Below are positions 28,213-32,035 of a stretch of DNA of 32,035 nucleotides, in pieces. Below the pieces are notes generated by a model. The model was given only the letters and a program-made list of their open reading frames with translations, was not told where the DNA came from and searched no databases. A program made the translations under genes and the position numbers. The stretch covers positions 1 through 32,035 of the forward strand of contig JBMYNR010000017.1 of the NCBI GenBank assembly GCA_049598495.1, read 5' to 3'. Source of the stretch: Opitutales bacterium (GTDB lineage: Bacteria; Verrucomicrobiota; Verrucomicrobiia; Opitutales; Coraliomargaritaceae). Within the stretch, counting starts at the first letter, position 1, and each line of letters starts with the position of its first letter.

Positions 28213-28794
28213 ATGATCCTACGAGTCACGCAATACGGCGAACCAATCTTACGCAAAGTCGGCGAAACGATCACCGAGTTTGATAGCGAACTGGCTCAGC
28301 TGGCTAACGACATGGTTGACACTATGTATAACGAAGAAGGCATCGGCCTCGCGGCACAGCAAATCGACCGGGCGCTTCAGCTTTGTGTGGTGGATGTCCG
28401 CCCTCCGGAAGGAGTCGAGCTGTCTTTCGAATATAGCTTTGATGGCAAGAAGCCGCCGCTGGATCTCATTATGCCGATGGCCATGGTGAACCCAAAGGTA
28501 AGGATTATAGACGATCAGGAAGAGGTCTACGAGGAAGGCTGTCTTTCATTCCCCGGGGTAAGTGGACGGGTCCATCGCCCGATCGGCGTGCGTTGTGAGT
28601 TTCAAGATACTGAGGGCAACCCTCACGTTCTCGAGGCTGATGGTATCTTGGCACGCTGTATTCTGCACGAGGTCGACCACATAAACGGTAAACTTTTCAT
28701 CGATCGGATGGACAAACGAGATCTTAAGAAGAACGAGGCCAAGATTAAGAAAACCAAGCGGGCCAGTCGAGATTTCCTGAGGGGCAAAAAATAA
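28213..28794 (+). CDS. def: Peptide deformylase
   Basis: YGEPILR, GIGLAAQQI, EGCLSFP, HEVDHING. ATG at 28213. Confidence 0.97.
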   Translation: MILRVTQYGEPILRKVGETITEFDSELAQLANDMVDTMYNEEGIGLAAQQIDRALQLCVVDVRPPEGVELSFEYSFDGKKPPLDLIMPMAMVNPKVRIIDDQEEVYEEGCLSFPGVSGRVHRPIGVRCEFQDTEGNPHVLEADGILARCILHEVDHINGKLFIDRMDKRDLKKNEAKIKKTKRASRDFLRGKK

Positions 28795-28812
28795 AGACCG
28801 CCTAGCTGCGGC

Positions 28813-29051
28813 GGCTATCAGCAAGCTGAAGCCCTACAACAACGTCCCATGGTAGGGCAGTCTTGCCAAGACCGCCGTTCGCCCTACGGGTTCGACGGCC
28901 ATCTCTCTGGCATATGGGCAAATGCTCACCTCCGCCAGAGGTGGCGCGTGGTTCGATCCCGACCGCCTACGCTACCCCCTCCGCCGCAGGCTACGGCGGA
29001 CATGTCGGATCGGTCTTGTCGCCAACTCGGAACGGCAAGCGCGCCCGACCT
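28813..29051. repeat. REP-like cluster (GTAGGGC family) and other palindromes between convergent def and pdhC
   Basis: Minus unit 28813-28837 (GTAG-GGCTTCAGC-TT-GCTGATAGCC), plus unit 28852-28876 (GTAG-GGCAGTCTTG-C-CAAGACCGCC), partial GCCCTAC at 28881-28887, hairpin TCCGCCG-CAGGCTA-CGGCGGA at 28980-29000. Confidence 0.6.
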
Positions 29052-29095
29052 CAAGAGTGTCCGAGATCTTCCCCCGCAACATGACGATGACTCAT

Positions 29096-29124
29096 AAAAA
29101 AGCCCGCGCCTAGCGCGGGCTTTT
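29096..29124. terminator. Bidirectional intrinsic terminator (def / pdhC)
   Basis: AAAAAAGCCCGCGC-CTA-GCGCGGGCTTTT. Confidence 0.85.
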
Positions 29125-29148
29125 GAAAACCTGATTCCTGGCTTCCAC

Positions 29149-30465
29149 TCAGACCAGCATGAGTGCCGGCGTTTCGAGAATTTCCTTAAGTGCCTGCAGG
29201 TATTGGGCGCCGACGGCTCCGTCGATTGTGCGGTGGTCGCCGGAAAGTCCGATCTTCATCGTTTGGCCGATCACGATCTCATCCTTCTCATTCACGACAG
29301 GCTTTTTGATGGTGGCCCCGATGCTCAGGATCGCTGCATTATTCGGATTGATAATCCCGTAGAAATCGGAGATGCCGAACATACCAAGATTCGTCACGGT
29401 GAGTGTGGAGCCACTCATTTCATCCGGGGCGAGCTTCTTGTCCCGCGCCTTCTTGATGAGGACCTTTGCCTCGGTGCCGATTTCGCGCAGACCCTTGGTC
29501 TCGGCGGCACGAATGACTGGAGTCACCAGACCGTCATCGATCGCAACCCCGAATGCAAGGTGCACGTTGGCATGCTGCTTGATGGTGTCGCCTTCCCACG
29601 AACGATTGATCGCAGGGACACGTCGAACAGCCTCGGCTGCTGCTTTTAGGGTTAGGTCATTGACGGTGAACTTGGTGCCGCCGTGTTCCTTTGGAAGGTC
29701 GGCAAGCTTTGCGTTGAGCTCCTTGCGAAGTGCCGCGAGTGGTGCGCCGTCGACTTCGATTTGAAGATAAAAATGTGGTGCCTGTGTCTTGGATGCCACA
29801 AGCGCCTTGGCAATGCTCTTGCGCATGTTGGAGACGGGGAGATCCAAGGCTTCAAGTGTTGCGGCCGGAGCGGTCGGTGCACGATCAGTAGCGGGTGCTG
29901 AGCCTGGCTTAGCATGGAGTACGTCTTCCTTGACGATGCGACCGCCGGGGCCGGACCCTTGGAGGATGGAAAGATCGATGCCCTTGTCGGCGGCGATCTT
30001 GCGGGCCAGTGGCGAGGCTTTTATACGGCCACCAGTGCTTGCCGGAGCAGGCGTAGCAGGGGCAGGGCTCACAGGGGCAGGGCTCACGGGGGCAGGGCTC
30101 ACAGGAGCAGGCGCTTTTTCGGGTTCGACGGCCGGTTCAGGCTTAGCTGTATCCGCTGCGGCAGCCGCTTCTTCGGTAGGTGCCGTGCCGGAGGGGGCGC
30201 TGCTTTCAACCGCAGGCGCTTCTTCGCCCGCCTCACCGATCGCTGCGATGGCACCGCCGACGGCGACCTCCTCGCCTTCAGCGCAATATTGCTTGATCAG
30301 GACGCCGTCGTCGAAGCACTCCACTTCCATGGTTGCTTTGTCGGTCTCGACCTCCGCGATCATATCACCGCTGGAAATCACATCGCCTTCGTTTTTTAAC
30401 CATTTAACCAGCGTGCCCACGGTCATAGTGTCGCTGAGTTTGGGCATGTCGATGAGTGTAGCCAT
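29149..30465 (-). CDS. pdhC: Pyruvate dehydrogenase E2, dihydrolipoamide acetyltransferase
   Basis: Lipoyl domain EVETDKATME, E3-binding ASPLARKIA...GSGPGGRI, catalytic DHRTIDG. Confidence 0.96.
   Translation of the reverse strand: MATLIDMPKLSDTMTVGTLVKWLKNEGDVISSGDMIAEVETDKATMEVECFDDGVLIKQYCAEGEEVAVGGAIAAIGEAGEEAPAVESSAPSGTAPTEEAAAAADTAKPEPAVEPEKAPAPVSPAPVSPAPVSPAPATPAPASTGGRIKASPLARKIAADKGIDLSILQGSGPGGRIVKEDVLHAKPGSAPATDRAPTAPAATLEALDLPVSNMRKSIAKALVASKTQAPHFYLQIEVDGAPLAALRKELNAKLADLPKEHGGTKFTVNDLTLKAAAEAVRRVPAINRSWEGDTIKQHANVHLAFGVAIDDGLVTPVIRAAETKGLREIGTEAKVLIKKARDKKLAPDEMSGSTLTVTNLGMFGISDFYGIINPNNAAILSIGATIKKPVVNEKDEIVIGQTMKIGLSGDHRTIDGAVGAQYLQALKEILETPALMLV
30059..30103. repeat. 15-bp tandem repeat x3 encoding (APVSP)3 in the E2 linker
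   Basis: GGGGCAGGGCTCAC(A/G) at 30059, 30074 and 30089. Confidence 0.9.
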
Positions 30466-30600
30466 TGTATTGAATTTAGAAATTAGAATTAAGAGATAAG
30501 AAAGAGTGGATCAGCAATCGGAGCGAGGAATGATTCTAAAACAAGATGAATTTCTTAAGTCTTAATTCTAGATGCCTAATTCCGCACGTGCCCTTGGAGC

Positions 30601-31578
30601 TTATTGTATAAGCTCAAGTGCGCGTGTGATGATGCGCTCTTCGTTGGGAATCTGCCAGTCTTCAAGTGGCTTGGCGTAAATCTGCGGTGCGTCGATCGCG
30701 GAGACACGGTGGACGGGTGCATCGAGGTAGTCAAAGGCCTTGAGTTGAATCAGGTGCGAAATTTGTGCGTCGACACCACAGTATGGCTTGTTTTCTTCGA
30801 CGAGCAGTGCGCGGCCGGTCTTCTTGACGGAGTTGAGGATGGTTGCCTCATCCAGTGGACGGATGGAGCGCAGGTCGACAACTTCAACGCTGATACCGTG
30901 CTGTTCTTCAAGCATCTTCGCCGCGTTGAGAGAGATCATGGCACAACGACCGTGGGAAACGATGGTCATGTCTTCACCTTCCTTGAGGACATTCGCAACG
31001 CCGAGTTCGACGATGTATTCCTCTTCGGGCACTTCCCACTGCTCGCCGTAGAGGAGGGTATTTTCCATAACAAATACCGGGTCGTTGTCGCGGATCGCAG
31101 CCTTCATGAGGCCCTTGGCGTCGTAGGCGTTGGATGGACAGCAGACCTTGAGGCCCGGGTGGTTGGCAACCATGTTCTCCGGAGTGTGTGAGTGAGTCGC
31201 ACCGACATTGGTGCCGCCGTTGGCGGGGCCACGGACGACGATCGGTATGTTCATCAGGCCGCCTGACATGTAGCGGCAGAAGGAGCCGTTGTTGAACAGC
31301 TGATCAATCGCTACGTAGCTGAAGGACATAAACATCATCTCAACTACCGGACGAATGCCAAGTGCGGAGGCACCGATGGCGAGACCGGAGAAAGCGGCCT
31401 CGGAAATCGGTGTGTCGATCAGGCGCTTATCGCCCCATTTAGACCAAAGCCCTTCAGTGACTTTATAGGCTCCGTTGTATTGAGCAACTTCCTCGCCCAT
31501 AATGCAGACGTTTTCGTCGCGGGCGAGTTCTTCGTCCAGAGCTTGTTTAATAGCTTCGCGGTAAGTGATGAGTGGCAT
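30601..31578 (-). CDS. pdhB: Pyruvate dehydrogenase E1 beta subunit
   Basis: GEEVAQYNGAYKVT, DTPISE, ATHSH, DAKGLMKAAIRDNDPV, EVVDLRSIRPLD, FDYLDAP. Confidence 0.96.
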   Translation of the reverse strand: MPLITYREAIKQALDEELARDENVCIMGEEVAQYNGAYKVTEGLWSKWGDKRLIDTPISEAAFSGLAIGASALGIRPVVEMMFMSFSYVAIDQLFNNGSFCRYMSGGLMNIPIVVRGPANGGTNVGATHSHTPENMVANHPGLKVCCPSNAYDAKGLMKAAIRDNDPVFVMENTLLYGEQWEVPEEEYIVELGVANVLKEGEDMTIVSHGRCAMISLNAAKMLEEQHGISVEVVDLRSIRPLDEATILNSVKKTGRALLVEENKPYCGVDAQISHLIQLKAFDYLDAPVHRVSAIDAPQIYAKPLEDWQIPNEERIITRALELIQ

Positions 31579-31657
31579 TGTCGTTGTAAAGTTTAGTGGT
31601 TGAGTCGTTGAGTGAGTGGTGCAGTGCTTCTTCCTTTCGAGCGGCGTCCGTCCTCAT

Positions 31658-32035
31658 TCATTCGTCATTAAAAAAATAGGTGCCCTTGAGCTTCCCCTCG
31701 GTGTCGTTGTCGACTTCCCAGTAAACGTCTGTTTGAATCTCGCTGCGAGGCGCCACAGGGCTCTCATCGGCGAATTTGGCAGAAGCTTCCGCTTCGTCTT
31801 TCTTCTCCTGGTCTATCTGTTTAGCCCGTTCCTCCGTCAATACGCCCTCCTTGATGAGTTGCTGCTTGATGACGTTAACGGGATCCTTGGTTCGTTTGTA
31901 TTCCTCGATCTCTTCTTTTGTGCGATACTTTTCGTGATTGGCATCGGCCACGGAATGCCCGCGGTAGCGGTAGGTCCGGATTTCCAAAAGGAAGGGCTTC
32001 GACTCTTCGCGTGCCCGCTTCATGCAGCGGTTGGC
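31658..32035 (-). CDS. pdhA: Pyruvate dehydrogenase E1 alpha subunit, C-terminal part (runs off the window)
   Basis: PFLLEIRTYRYRGHSVAD...YRTKEE...DP; directly upstream of pdhB. Confidence 0.93.
   Translation of the reverse strand, partial: ANRCMKRAREESKPFLLEIRTYRYRGHSVADANHEKYRTKEEIEEYKRTKDPVNVIKQQLIKEGVLTEERAKQIDQEKKDEAEASAKFADESPVAPRSEIQTDVYWEVDNDTEGKLKGTYFFNDE

Noticed and set aside
28945..28965. GGTTCGATCCC as a tRNA T-loop or tRNA remnant
   Set aside because: Flanks do not form a 5-bp T stem and no cloverleaf can be built.
29789..31191. Long antisense ORFs over pdhC/pdhB (also 2288-2980, 3961-4509, 15888-16424 and similar)
   Set aside because: Shadow ORFs opposite well-supported genes in GC-rich DNA, with no recognisable motifs.

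Overview
Mostly housekeeping chromosome of a moderately GC-rich bacterium. Gene order and protein style suggest Verrucomicrobiota, probably Opitutia/Coraliomargarita-like (inference; no database search was run). Genes: nspC, a cupin, trxB, pdxH, mgtE, a DEAD-box helicase, a TPR protein, priA, rplU-rpmA, ppk2, a secreted SNase-HhH fusion, an orphan PPTase, argA, xerD, rpmI-rplT, tRNA-Leu(CAG), a partial dcw cluster (murD-LysM-ftsW-murG-murC/murB fusion-ddl-ftsQ, no ftsA/ftsZ), a YkoF-like protein, def and pdhA'-pdhB-pdhC. The most interesting signals are intergenic. (1) Two inverted copies of a 109-132 bp TIR-bounded, TA-flanked MITE-like element whose ends form the TAG stop codons of priA, xerD and a convergent hypothetical gene. 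(2) GTAG-type REP/REPIN clusters with no RAYT in the window. (3) A frameshifted GIY-YIG nuclease relic absent from the ORF track, plus a truncated TRAP dctP, after tRNA-Leu. (4) A GNRA-capped RNA hairpin between rpmI and rplT. No CRISPR array, prophage or intact multi-gene defence system was seen.
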